Assembly: GCA_964035545.1 (NCBI GenBank)
Contig: OZ037767.1
Location: forward strand, 8,814,581-8,878,580
Direction: 5' to 3'
DNA: 64,000 nucleotides
Origin: Bugula neritina
Lineage: Eukaryota; Animalia; Bryozoa
The notes beneath the pieces were generated by a model that saw only the letters and a list, made by a program, of their open reading frames with translations, searched no databases and had not been told where the DNA came from. The first letter of the stretch is position 1. The number at the start of each line of letters is the position of its first letter. This document shows, one piece after another, positions 41,201 to 52,190 of the stretch. Position numbers and translations under genes: made by a program.

Positions 41201-42249
41201 TGATACGCGAACACACAAGTCGTGTAGTTATACCTCGTTCACTTCAATGCAGAATACTAGACACACTTCATTCTTCACACTGGGGTGTAGTCAAGGTAAA
41301 GCAACTAGCTTGCCGCTATGTGTGGTGGAGCACCATCAACACGGATATAGAGCTAGCCATGAAATCTTGCGAAGTATGCCAGGAGTCAGCAGCTGCTCCA
41401 GACCAGAAGTTTCAAAGCTGGCCCAAGACAGACAAGCCATGGGAACGCATACATCTAGATTTTGCTGGACCTTTTAGAGGAAAAATGTGGCTTATCTGCA
41501 TTGATGCTTGTTCAAAATTTCCATATATTGGACGCATGGAAATAGGGCAGACAACTTCTCGCCAAACATTACAAGTATTAAAAGATATCTTTGCTATAGA
41601 AGGTGTACCTGCTACTATAGTTACAGATAATGGCCCACAGTTTTCCAGCCAGGAATTTACTAATTTCTGCAACAGTTTCCACATCAACCATGTCTTGTCA
41701 CCTCCATACCACCCACCTTCAAATGGTGAAGCTGAACGATTTGTCAGAACTTTTAAAAGCTCTGTGGACAAGAATTGTGAGGGAGGAGCATCTCTAGACG
41801 AGAGTATCAGACTTACATTAGCATCATACAGAACCATTCCACATCCTGCTTTGGAATGGAAAACACCTGCAGAAGTCCTGCATGGCCGCCAGCCCAGGGG
41901 CTTACTATCCCTTCTCCAACCTACTAATCACAAATACCCTAAACATGACAAGCCACAGACAACACAGTTCACTATTGACTCACTAGTGTACGCTCGTAAC
42001 TACAGTACTGGTCCAAAGTGGATCCCAGGAAGTATTATATCAAAACAAGGAAATGCTATCTACATAGTACAAACAGACAGTGGCAACTGGAAGAGGCATG
42101 CTAATCAGCTTCAAATTCGCCTGCCATCTACAAATATAAACAAATCAGTGGTACCCAACACACCCCAAGCTGATAATAATATTGTCCATCCTCATGAGAG
42201 GCGCTATCCAACCAGAGAGCGCAGACAGCCAGATTGGTACAAACCATAA
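38206..42249 (+). CDS. Gag-Pol polyprotein, 1347 aa (Gypsy, K02A2.6/Mag-like)
   Basis: Zinc knuckles (CPQC..H...C; CKLCNKTGHISSVC), protease WDTGAT, RT YLDD, RNase H ADASSYGLG, integrase HHCC plus LDF/TDNG/AER; PR-RT-RH-IN order. Confidence 0.98.
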   Translation: MEEVIKQLVTTMQQQQQQQMEQFAQILGQFTTAVKPGEPAQNKSVTVTRFDSYDRDKESWTQYLQRLNQHFTVYNVSDSEQKRACLLSWIGSECYELLTKLYGSEDITTMSFDSLAGKLSTHFIETKHVQAARYQFYNCKMKPNQSYSDWAADLRGLARNCNFTCKKEDCGESYVDDQIRDIIIKETPHADVRRQCLLDPDPTLENVLKKAATYIQTVETDKVLKGETSTPVTTNQMSSTYKRQNKGSQGKRPQFHKSENQTAMPTQPSKLKSCPQCYISHDRKQCPHRNKQCKLCNKTGHISSVCKTSSKSSGNNSHFVEESSSSVYNIYERKGKQIWINTTVNNKQTQFQWDTGATCSMVGNKGYKALGSPPYQQTDTTLHSYGNTAMQVRGECYVTVTIGQTTKNNLRLLIVDSDEGVNLLGVDWSDSFGLSQQGLSAVDSDTEVTNAVHNVDTKVKVLTTKYPDVFKPGIGHCKTFKVPIYLKSEHKPCFSKPREIPYSQHEATRAELNRLEAEGVIQRINFSNWAAPIVVVTKPSGKVRICGDFKRLNQCISIDQHPLPKLDDLMNRLRGGKFFTKLDLADAYLQLELEDDAKQLCVINTPFGLYQYNRMCFGIAPGPAQFQRCMDTLTQKLPGVAAYLDDLIITGKTEEEHWTNLTNLLSTLQEHGFRIRLDKCEFFKHSVEYLGHTIDKDGKRPTAASMAALSQLPRPQDLHQLQAFLGKVNYYGGFISNLADKAAPLYKLLKNDTTFTWSNECEQAFTQLKNSIINATSLTHYDETKPLILAADASSYGLGVVLSQDTDQGEVPVAYASKTLTDTQKNYSQIEHEALSIIYGVTKFRQFLYGRHFTLVTDHEPLTTIFAPGKNIPTLTAQRLQRWALTLMGFQFTIRYKKTSQHGNADCLSRLPFGPDSNFDRIEQQDNKETSHAIQEQIFTSPVAGYNEVRQETVKDQHLQRVITWIQQGWPVTKLDDKELGTFWIHRDSLQLEQGVLLLIREHTSRVVIPRSLQCRILDTLHSSHWGVVKVKQLACRYVWWSTINTDIELAMKSCEVCQESAAAPDQKFQSWPKTDKPWERIHLDFAGPFRGKMWLICIDACSKFPYIGRMEIGQTTSRQTLQVLKDIFAIEGVPATIVTDNGPQFSSQEFTNFCNSFHINHVLSPPYHPPSNGEAERFVRTFKSSVDKNCEGGASLDESIRLTLASYRTIPHPALEWKTPAEVLHGRQPRGLLSLLQPTNHKYPKHDKPQTTQFTIDSLVYARNYSTGPKWIPGSIISKQGNAIYIVQTDSGNWKRHANQLQIRLPSTNINKSVVPNTPQADNNIVHPHERRYPTRERRQPDWYKP

Positions 42250-42278
42250 CTCTTAAGTCTAAATTTGTGAGGGAGGAG

Positions 42279-42586
42279 TGCTATGTATTGAACTAGCCTT
42301 GTCAATACACCACATAGATGCATATTATGACATACCACATTTTATGTGCTGGGTTACTTTTTATTCTAATGTCTATTTGTTTAAACTCATTATATACAGT
42401 TTTTTGCCATATCAATATACAAGCCAGTTGTTATTCTGTCACTGTTTATCTACATGTATTTTTATGTCAGTTACTTGTTAGCTTCAATACAATACAGTCA
42501 TACATTCTACTCTACAGCCAATCTTACTTATACGTGCTTAATCTTACTGTTTACTCTTGTTTAACATAAATAACAAGAACACAACA
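42279..42586 (+). repeat. 3' LTR, preceded by polypurine tract GAGGGAGGAG (42269-42278)
   Basis: Direct repeat of 37855-38162. Confidence 0.97.
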
Positions 42587-43260
42587 CCATTCTTACGATA
42601 GATTTAAATATCCAGTTGCTCCCTCTTGCATTAAGCGCGGCTAAATTTTTTTGCTTTTTCCATCATCACGTCATACAATTCAGAGGCATCTTTAGACTCT
42701 AATACAATTTCAAAACTTGATAGAAATGGCATAATTTCTAAAATAGTTTCACCAGTATTTATATTAATTTTTTCCATCTCACAAAATAAAAATATTTAAA
42801 CTTTTATAGAAGATTTTAACAATGTAAACATTTTTGATTTAATAATTTGACAAATGACTCGAGATTGCGCTTTGGTAAACCCTGAATCTCGTAGGTTTGA
42901 AACCAATTACCTCTAGCGGCTTGCTCTTTTAACACGGGCTTGATTTCAGGTTGATTATACAATGCCATAATTTTTTCCTTAAATGATTTTATAACCGGAT
43001 CTATGGCTTTTAGTGTGGGTACATAACTCGTAATCCACTTCTCTAAGTCATCTATTTTTTCTTTGGCTTTAGTCATCATATTTCTTTTACTATGCTTTAC
43101 GGCTTGTGGTATTAGCGGAGCTTGTTCAACATTGGGAACCGGCTCATCCATAATATTTGCAGGAGTCAATAGTTGTACAAGTTCAGCCTTTTAAGTTGAG
43201 AGTATTCTTTTTAGGCCTCTCCGCTTAGCCAAGGCCTTGAGGTCCTTGACCGTTGAAAAG
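42587..43260 (-). pseudogene. pPolB N-terminal part, separated from the rest by the Gypsy insertion
   Basis: Removing the Gypsy element and one TSD restores ARGSNWIFKSIVRM-GINIDKYQPLR*SSWIDLP; starts with a Rho_N/HeH-like TVKDLKALAKRRGL...KAELVQLL. Confidence 0.8.
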
Positions 43261-43728
43261 TGTTTATTATATAAAAATTCTTTAGGTATATCAAAATCAA
43301 TTTCTATATAATAAAATGGATAGAACTAAGAAACATTTTTTTTCAATGAGGTTCATTGCACAGGCTGCCGATTAGCACAGGAATCAACCGGTCCTAAGAG
43401 CGCTTGCCCATTGTACAGCTCTCTCCATTTATTATAAAAAAGTTCTTTTAAACTATGGGAAATGATTTACACAAACATTACTACTCATTTACATGACTAG
43501 TCGTAACACTGCTAGGTCAGTTGCTATCAAGAGTTAGCTCAATTGCTAATACTATACAACTGTAAGGCATTGCTGTAATTTCTATCACTAGTATCTCGAT
43601 ACATAGAGCATTGCTGTATATAGAGACTAGATATTTAATGTAAATTATACTGCACACTGCTCGACTCTCATGCGTGCACGCCTTGACTGTGAAGTGGTCC
43701 TGATTCATTTTTAGAGTTGTCTCATGCG

Positions 43729-43886
43729 TGCACAGATTCCTGTATTTTGTGTAAAAGTGAGCTAGAAAAGTGAGCCAGAACCATAAAATAAATTTATTTA
43801 TTTTTGGAGTTGTCCCTACCCCTCAAAGCATGCACAGGTTCCTGTATTTTGTGTAAAAGTGAGCTAGAAAAGTGAGCCAGAACCAT
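43729..43886. repeat. Pair of 56-bp direct repeats near the putative Polinton terminus
   Basis: 43729-43784 and 43831-43886 differ at one base; followed by GTTCTGCTACT ending at 43901. Confidence 0.9.
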
Positions 43887-44505
43887 CAAAGTTCTGCTAC
43901 TTAAGCTAAATAATAACATAAAATACATATATTACACTTAAATCTATAAATGTCGTTCAAGTGGGAAGCGTCCATGTGGGAATCATCTAAGTGGGATGAC
44001 ACCCATGTAAATAAATATAAATATTTACTAGTATGCTGTGCTGTAATCATGCAGTGTGCTATGAGTAAATTAAAATATCATCTACATATTTTTATTATTG
44101 CAAAAGTTGGAGTAAAGGATTGATAGCTAAAGTTATAAGTCTATTGTACAAAACTTCAACCAGCGCTGATTGAAATACCATTTAAAATCTGTGACATATA
44201 TTTTCTTCTGTCAATTTCAAATTTGATTTGATTATAGTAGTTGCTTGAACTAAATTTCAAATGTCTATAAATTTACAAGTTTAGATTAAATGGCCAGGGG
44301 TCATTTAAAGAGTATGTGTATACAAGCCTGTGTTGTGTGTGTAGAGACAACATAGCCAAACTTCAACGATTGGGAGCTAAATTTGGTATTCTGCTCTGTT
44401 ATGATTTGAGGTTTCAGGACCGTAGCTTATATAGTGAGTTACGGAGGGAGCACTGTAGAAAATATACGTTTGTATAACATATACTAAATAAGGTATATGT
44501 ATATA

Positions 44506-44765
<260 letters not shown>

Positions 44766-45280
44766 CATTATAATATGATGTAATGTAACATAATGAAATA
44801 CAATGAAATATAATGAAATATTTACCCATGCGAACAAAAGCACATAATAAGTAAAGTGCAAATATTTAAAATATTACTTAATGATTATTTATATGTTCCA
44901 TTGAAGCTATGTATGAATATGAGCAAATTATATGCCAATTGTTGTGTTATTTATTATATTGAGTTCATACACTTTGCAGTTTAAAGGGTAAATTGAACAC
45001 CTCAATTTTGAAAATAACAAACATACTTTATTATTATTACACACCATCTACAATAAAAGGTCAAAGTTATATTGTAGCATGAATGACTTTGATATATCAG
45101 CCAATCACTGATCTGTTAGCTCATGCGTATAACTGATAATGCAGTGTTATATAATAACAGTCAGTCTCAACTAGTTCTTTCAGTGCAATTGACTACTAGC
45201 AGTATAGACAGGTTAGTTATCCAGTTAGAGCTCAGCTACTCCACATCAAATCAGAAGAATTGAACTTTAGTGACAGCAGA

Positions 45281-47386
45281 ATGGTACTGGCTACCACACC
45301 TGTCTTAATTGCCATAGCATTATCATTGCTGGCTTACTTGTTTATCAAATGGCTAAAGGTATGTAACTGGAATGTAACTAGAAACTTGAGTATTCGGGTT
45401 ATCAAAAAGGTTTATAATTACCTCATTTAAAAAATATTGAAATCAACATTAAGATGTTTCCTTGTTTGGAAGTCAAACTAAATAGCATGTGTACTGTACA
45501 ATCTCTCAACGTTTTGTGTTAGGTAAGTAAGTGTCGCTAGGTTGATCAATAACTTAAGCTGAGTAACTGGGTCTAACAAAAAACAAACTATATTGTATAA
45601 GTGAAAATCATTTTTTAGTTTAGGTATATGCTTTGCTGTAATCTTATTACACGTTTTTGCGTGCAGGTAAAAATCACTGATTGCATGGTAAATACAACAT
45701 GCATATTTTACTTCAAGCAAGCAATATAAAGAGCTTTATTGATTAGTATATGTATGAGTAATAGCTTTATTAATTAGCATACAGTATGTATACGTGCAAC
45801 AGCTGATGTTATAATTCAGGATCCACTGAGAAAGATACCAGGTCCAAGAGGATTACCATTCATAGGTAACACATTATCTGTTGATTCAACTAAACTTCAC
45901 ATGATACTGTATGACTGGGCAGAGAAGTATGGAGATATTATGAAGATATCACTATTCAACACTCCTATGGTGGTAGTTAACTCAACTGAACTGGCCTACG
46001 ATGTTTTAGTAAAAACTGGTAAATCTTATTACTTCTATGATGTGTTGTCATATGTATTTGTGTAAGTATATTATCAGCAGATTAGATGCGCCTTTAATAA
46101 AACATTCAAAGTGTTGCACAGGTTTTTGAATACAGGTTCAGGTTTTACAATTTGACTGTTTTTCTCCAACTGCATGTTCTACTCCCTATGAGCTATTTAT
46201 TAGTTAAACAGGCTTTATGACTTATTTAAGGTACAGACTTTCAAGGCAGACCATCATCTGCAAGGGTAGACCTAGTTATGGGTTATAATAACCTGGTTAT
46301 GAGAGTAAGTTCAAATATGTACAGTGATGAGTTCAGTAGTCATGCATTTGCTTACAATATAGCTCGTTGACTTAATAATAATTATTATATGTCTGTATAT
46401 AGTGAGCATTTCAACTTATGAAATAATATGCTGAATAATCATTTGACTATTGTTGAATCTACATGTAGCTTACACATAAAAATTTTAAAGTCTATATTTT
46501 TCTACATGGTAATTATTATTTAGTTATAGATGCTTTTCCTAGCTATGAGAAAATTTTTTAACTTCAAGTTGTAGTATTTAAATACACATTTGAGGCACTA
46601 ATTTTAGTCAATTGATGAACCTGGATATCAGCAAAGAAGACACTACGCTATTAAAGCAATCAAAGCATACGGTGAAGGGGTGGCCCACCTCGAGGATATA
46701 ATACAAAGCATTACAATCACACTGATTGATGACATCACAAAACAAGATGGCCGACCTATGGATGTTGACCAGCTATGTTACGGATTTCTCTGCTGTGTGA
46801 TGGCTTCTTTGGTATGTTTAAAACTTACTATGGTGGTTAGAACAGATAATTGTAGTTGAATGAGAAGTATTTAGTTGAAGTTGCATATTATAAATTTGAT
46901 CAACAAAATAACACTTTTCAGCTGTATGGTGAAGAGTATGCTTATGATGATCCAGTGTGCGAGTCTATTAGCAGGATGACAACAGAAGTGTTGAAAGCTA
47001 TAGATCTCGTGTCACTCGGAGCTCTTTTTGACAGTTTTCCTGTTCTATTTAAGCAAGATTTCTTTCTCAAAGAAACTCGGAGGCAATTTCAGCAGGCACG
47101 CAATTTCGTAGATGAATCACTTTGCAAAAAAATTGCGGAGTATAAAGTGAGTTATACATACAAAATTACATATTTATAATTTTCCTTGAATGTGTCTACA
47201 TCAGTTCTTATAAACAGCAAACAAATTTAACTAAAAAGATTGTTGGTTGAGCAGTAAAGCCAAAGCTGACAGGAATTGCCATCTGCAATCTATCAGTTAT
47301 AATATATTCCAAATCAATTCAGCGCATATGAGCACAACATTAATTATGAGACAAAATTAGTTAGGCAAACAATATGTAGATGAAAG

Positions 47387-47468
<82 letters not shown>

Positions 47469-49566
47469 AATCTGTGTACAACAGCTGTTTCGAGATTTGT
47501 CCGCAAACAGCGGGAAACTCATGAGGAGTAGCAATCTTCAAGTGTTGGTCACTACTAGAATTTTGTTCAGAGTGTAACATGGCAAAGACTTTTGTCACTA
47601 CAGGCTGAGTTTGATGAGAACTGTCTGAAAGGAATATTGGATCAGCTGATCTTGATTCAGAAACAGGAAGTTGGTACAAATGACCCAGTTATGGATGATG
47701 ATGCAATTCAAGACATTATGTTGGGCTTGATATTGGGGGGTATGTGTAGTTAAATCTAAGTAATTAGAAGTATTATTGCTATATCATTCATCTACAGCTT
47801 ATATAAAGAGTGTAAGCCAGCTCTTATGTGCTAAGGGGAGGCAAAAGTTTGTACCTACCTTTTAAGTTACATGCAGCTTCAACTAACATATTATAGTTAT
47901 ATTACAAACTCTATGAAACTATTTGTTGAATATATAAGCATGGAAAGCACATCGTCAAGTAAAAAGTTTTTTTAGCTGCAGGCATTTATTAATTTCTACT
48001 TTTAGTAATATACCATAATTCAACTTTTCAATAAACTGAAGTTGGCTCAAAATTCATGAAAATTTGCTATATAGGGTAATTCTATGTGTTGATTCTAAAT
48101 ATTATGCATCTAGCAAAGGACACTAGCGGCAACATTAAAGCATAATGGCATTGTAGATTGATGTCTGTTCGTGTGTGAGTATGCATGTGTGCGCCTGTGT
48201 TGGTGCAGGCGTGTGTGGGCTGTGATAAAAACACTAGAAAAAGATATTGAAACTCTAGGATAATTAGAGAACTGTGATTACTTACTGGAGTTATATTTGA
48301 TAATATTTCCTTAGTTTGTGACAAAAAACCCTAATACAGTAGCGAGGAAATTGTAAAAAAACCCAAAAACTAGAAATATTGAGCATGTACTCAATTAAGT
48401 AAAATAACCTTCGTTCTTGTATAATTATTTTATAAAATTAATATAATGCTTTCATTTTCTGGTATAGGAATGGCGACTAGTCATTCTGTACTCTGTCAGG
48501 CTTTCCTTGACTTTCTTCATGAACCAGATTTACAGAAGAGATTTCAAGATGAGATTGACTGTCAGTTTGAACCATCCCAAATCATAACTCTGAAAGATAG
48601 GTACCTAGTTTTTTTATTATTGCATTATTGACAACAACCAAAGTAGAAGATCTATTTAATTTCTTGGATATAACAAAGATGACTGTTTTGTATGTTTACT
48701 TACAGGCCAAAGCTGCCATTACTACAGGCATACATATATGAGAATCTTCGATACAATACAGTCAACCCTATCCTAGTTGCTCATAGGGCTATTCGGGACA
48801 CAAAAATTGCTGAATACGAGGTAAAAGATATCAAAGTAGCTGAAAATATGTCACATATGATAAATCTTTTTTACAATTATTAATGCCTATACATGTCCTT
48901 TGAGTATATGTGCTAGTGAGCTAGTAATTTTATTGGAAATTAATGAACTTGAAAAACTTTTAATTATACTTTATTTGTATCACTACAGGGCTTTGCCAAT
49001 TTCCCTCACTCTATATATTTATCATACATAAATTAAACAAACTCTTTATAGATTTCAGCTAATACAAATGTGTTGGTAAATGCTTTCTACACATCTCACA
49101 ATCCGAGTGCTTATAAAGATCCATTTACCATCAAACCAGAAAGATTCCTTGATGAACATGGAGCTGTTGTACCACCTGGTCATCCTGCTCGTCATAAGTA
49201 TGTATTCAACAGTTTATCAAACATAACATATTAGGCTAATATATTTCAAACATTTTAATGAATATTTTAGAAAGCTGATCTTAACTGAATAAAAGATGGC
49301 TAAAGACAGTTATTAAAATTAATTTAAAAAGAATGTATAAACATATTTGTTGCAGTTCTGTTGGCCTATCTTTTGGAAGTGGGATGAAAGGCTGTATTGG
49401 GAAGAACTTAGCCGAGACTAGAATTTTTCTGTTTCTAGCTAATATACTACAAAAGTTTACTATCTCACCTGATGGAAACCTGCCGAACCGAGATGTTAGA
49501 ACCTACAATTTTGTTGGAGTGTTGACCCCACCGAGTGTGTCAGTAAAGTTTATCCGCAGACAATAA
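45281..49566 (+). CDS. Cytochrome P450 copy E, apparently intact, 506 aa
   Basis: Exons 45281-45358, 45820-46018, 46231-46304, 46608-46811, 46922-47146, 47604-47739, 48468-48600, 48706-48820, 49052-49197, 49356-49566; GGMATS, ENLR, PERF, FGSGMKGCIG. Confidence 0.9.
47390..47466. repeat. (TA)n microsatellite in intron 5 of E (shorter paralog at ~28517-28565 in D)
   Basis: Directly visible. Confidence 0.97.
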
Positions 49567-50988
49567 ATTATTTATAGTAACTACTCTTTGATCTAATAAA
49601 CATAAAACCAAAGTAGGGCCTAAATATGAATAGTAAATCGGAATCACAATATAATTCTATAATGGCGTATGGCAGCCAACATTAATTTCTATATTTATAT
49701 ATTTAGTATATTTTGTTATAATTTTATTGTCAGGAAACCTATACTATTTAGATGATGACCCTACAAACTTATGGTCATTACGAAATGTCTTCTTATAGGT
49801 AATTGTAGCTATCAAAATCATGCTGGTTGTTAGAAAATGCTGTCGAAATAAACTAATATTATTTTGTGAAAAAATTAAGATTCAAAACAATTACGCAATG
49901 TTTCTGTATTGTTGAGTGCTTATAGCAGACACTCCAAGACGTAATTTGATATTAAAAACTTCCTGACACACTTATTTTATGACATTATATTTTTGCTCAT
50001 TCAAGCAGTTTTGTTACATATCAAATCTTTTGCACACCTTTGCCAAATTAACTTTGGGATTTCTAATTTGATTACTTGCTAGCAACACTTTTGTTTGGCT
50101 CTGCCTAGAGCAGCATTATAAAACTAACAGATTTAATATGTAGTTGTAATAGAGTTAAAATATATGATAGAAGAACTACAGTTTCACTAAACTGTAGATA
50201 TGCAAAGATTTAAAAAGTTGATTTATCAAGTTATAAAACTCTTAAGTTGTACACAATCACTCCTAATAGCAAATAACAGGAAAATAAGTATGACTATATA
50301 TGCACTGGCATGTAATATACTTACTCAGCTACTTCCTTAGCCTGGGAAACAATCTGTGTTTGCAGTAAATTGTTATATATGAAATGTAACACAGTGCTTA
50401 AACAGTATGAAACTAAGGCTAGAAAGTTACGAGATGCAAACAATTAGTTTGGAGGAGGGTAGCTCAACAATTACCATTTTGCTTTAACACTTATGGTCTG
50501 TGATGTTGGACAATTCATTTCACATCAACTCATTACAAAATACTCTGAATTTTATTTTACTTGAGTAATGTTTTGTTTATGGCATCTCAAATTGTTATTC
50601 TGTTTATACTCCATAGTCTACATATGGATAGATGATAAAGGCAATAATATTTACTAGTCACAATGTATAGCTGCATTATAATATAGAAAAAAATTGAAGG
50701 AAGCATTTAGTAACACATGGCATACTTGGTATTGAACCAGGGTAAAAAGGCTCATGATAAAGTTAGCTGAGCAGTAAACAGTGACATGATAACAGTTAGT
50801 TGATAACACATTTATCTTTATATAAAAACATGTAATAACTGAACAAGGTGAATGACCTTATGAAATTCCAGCATAGTTATTGTCTATAAATAAACCTGTT
50901 ATCAAAGCAGCTTCCCTGTGAGTACGGTTTTAGTACATGAGCTGCTTTTATTGCTACTAACAAGCAGTATATTTCAACTATGTTGTGC

Positions 50989-50990
<2 letters not shown>

Positions 50991-51023
<33 letters not shown>

Positions 51024-51100
51024 TATTGATTGATTTATTTATTGATTGATTTATTTATTTATTGATTTATCTATTGATTTATTAATTTATTTATTTATTG
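50991..51100. repeat. (GATT)n/(TATT)n tetranucleotide repeat (shorter paralog at ~32140-32168)
   Basis: Directly visible. Confidence 0.9.
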
Positions 51101-51844
51101 CATATCACAGGAATGACAACAGATTGCAAAATTCATATTTATAGCTGATAATGCATGTTTTCTAGATTGTCAAGTTGTTGTCTAAATTTGCTTTCCAAGG
51201 AATTTAAAGTTTAAAATAACAAATTGATTATGTCTAGCTAGTAACTACCCATTAATATTTCACAATAAGGCTATTTTTATCTATAGACAAGCTTAACTTA
51301 AAATATGCAGTTTGATTTGAGTTTAATAGAATCATTCATGCATGCACATGCAGGCATTCAAGATTAAGCAGAAAGACTGGCCCATATCACTGAGTTTGAC
51401 CTTTAACCTGCTTTCATGTCTCAATTTAGCTGCAATTGAAGATATCAATACATGGGAGGACATTAATAACTTTTGTTGGCAAAAGCATTTATAACAGTCT
51501 GATTTGAATTCAATATTTATAGATAATGTTCAAGTAACTGCCCATCACTATTGTGCAATGAGGCTATTTTCATCTAGACAAGCTCATGGAGACAGAAACA
51601 TTCAAACAGTCTGAACTGAATGAAGCTTTTGGAAGTGAAATCCCACCCTACAAAGACCAAACTCCCCCTCCCCCTTCTTATGATTCGTTTAGGGTTATCT
51701 TCCCACATGTGAGAAGATAACCCTAAACCATTCATAAGAAGTACATCTAATGGAGGGATAACTCTTAATAAGCAATGTACAAATATATAGTGAGTGTATA
51801 ATGTGAAAGCATAAACCATATTACACATTGCAAATAATTTATGC

Positions 51845-52190
51845 CAGAGGTGTCAAACCTTTTTAGGGCAATGGCCATTGAAATTGAATATTCCATGGCC
51901 ACATTTTGAACTTTAGCTTGAGCTGGGGGGGGGGGCCACAGTATCAGTGTTTCCAAATTACTGTATTCCAAATTATCATGACTCATTACACAATGAAATA
52001 AAGCCCAATAGTTATTGCAGGCTGCATTTTTTTAGCATGTATATAAATTTAAAACATTTAAAAGTGGTTTTTCAACTCTAATTCACATATATGTGCAATT
52101 AATAGTTTTATTTGTTGTGCCCGCATAAATAGAGGCTAGGGGCCACATCCAGACCTGGGGCCACCTGTTGCATGCATGCAGACAGCCCTG
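51845..52190. mobile_element. hAT-type MITE (346 bp)
   Basis: CAGAGGTGTC...GACAGCCCTG termini; 8-bp TSD ATTTATGC/ATTTATAC (7/8); GGGCCAC subterminal motifs; absent from paralogous flanks. Confidence 0.8.

Larger units (their letters stand above)
37855..42586 (+). mobile_element. Intact Ty3/Gypsy LTR retrotransposon (4732 bp)
   Basis: TG...CA LTRs of 308 bp, 5-bp TSD CCATT (37850-37854 and 42587-42591), PBS, PPT and one uninterrupted gag-pol ORF. Confidence 0.98.
33239..44003. mobile_element. Mutator-like (MULE) non-autonomous TIR element enclosing Polinton-like and Gypsy sequence
   Basis: 39-bp TIRs at 33239-33277 and 43965-44003 (34/39 match, GG...CC ends, internal ~15-bp TCCCACTT subrepeats); perfect 9-bp TSD CATGTAAAT at 33230-33238 and 44004-44012; empty site in the paralogous unit near 24843. 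Confidence 0.85.

Noticed and set aside
38920-41837. Antisense and alternate-frame ORFs within gag-pol
   Set aside because: Short shadows of a long, higher-GC ORF with no recognisable motifs; there is no room for an env gene before the PPT.
33239-44003. Outer TIRs as the Polinton's own termini
   Set aside because: GG...CC ends, short TIRs and a 9-bp TSD do not fit Polintons (AG...CT ends, long TIRs, 6-bp TSD).
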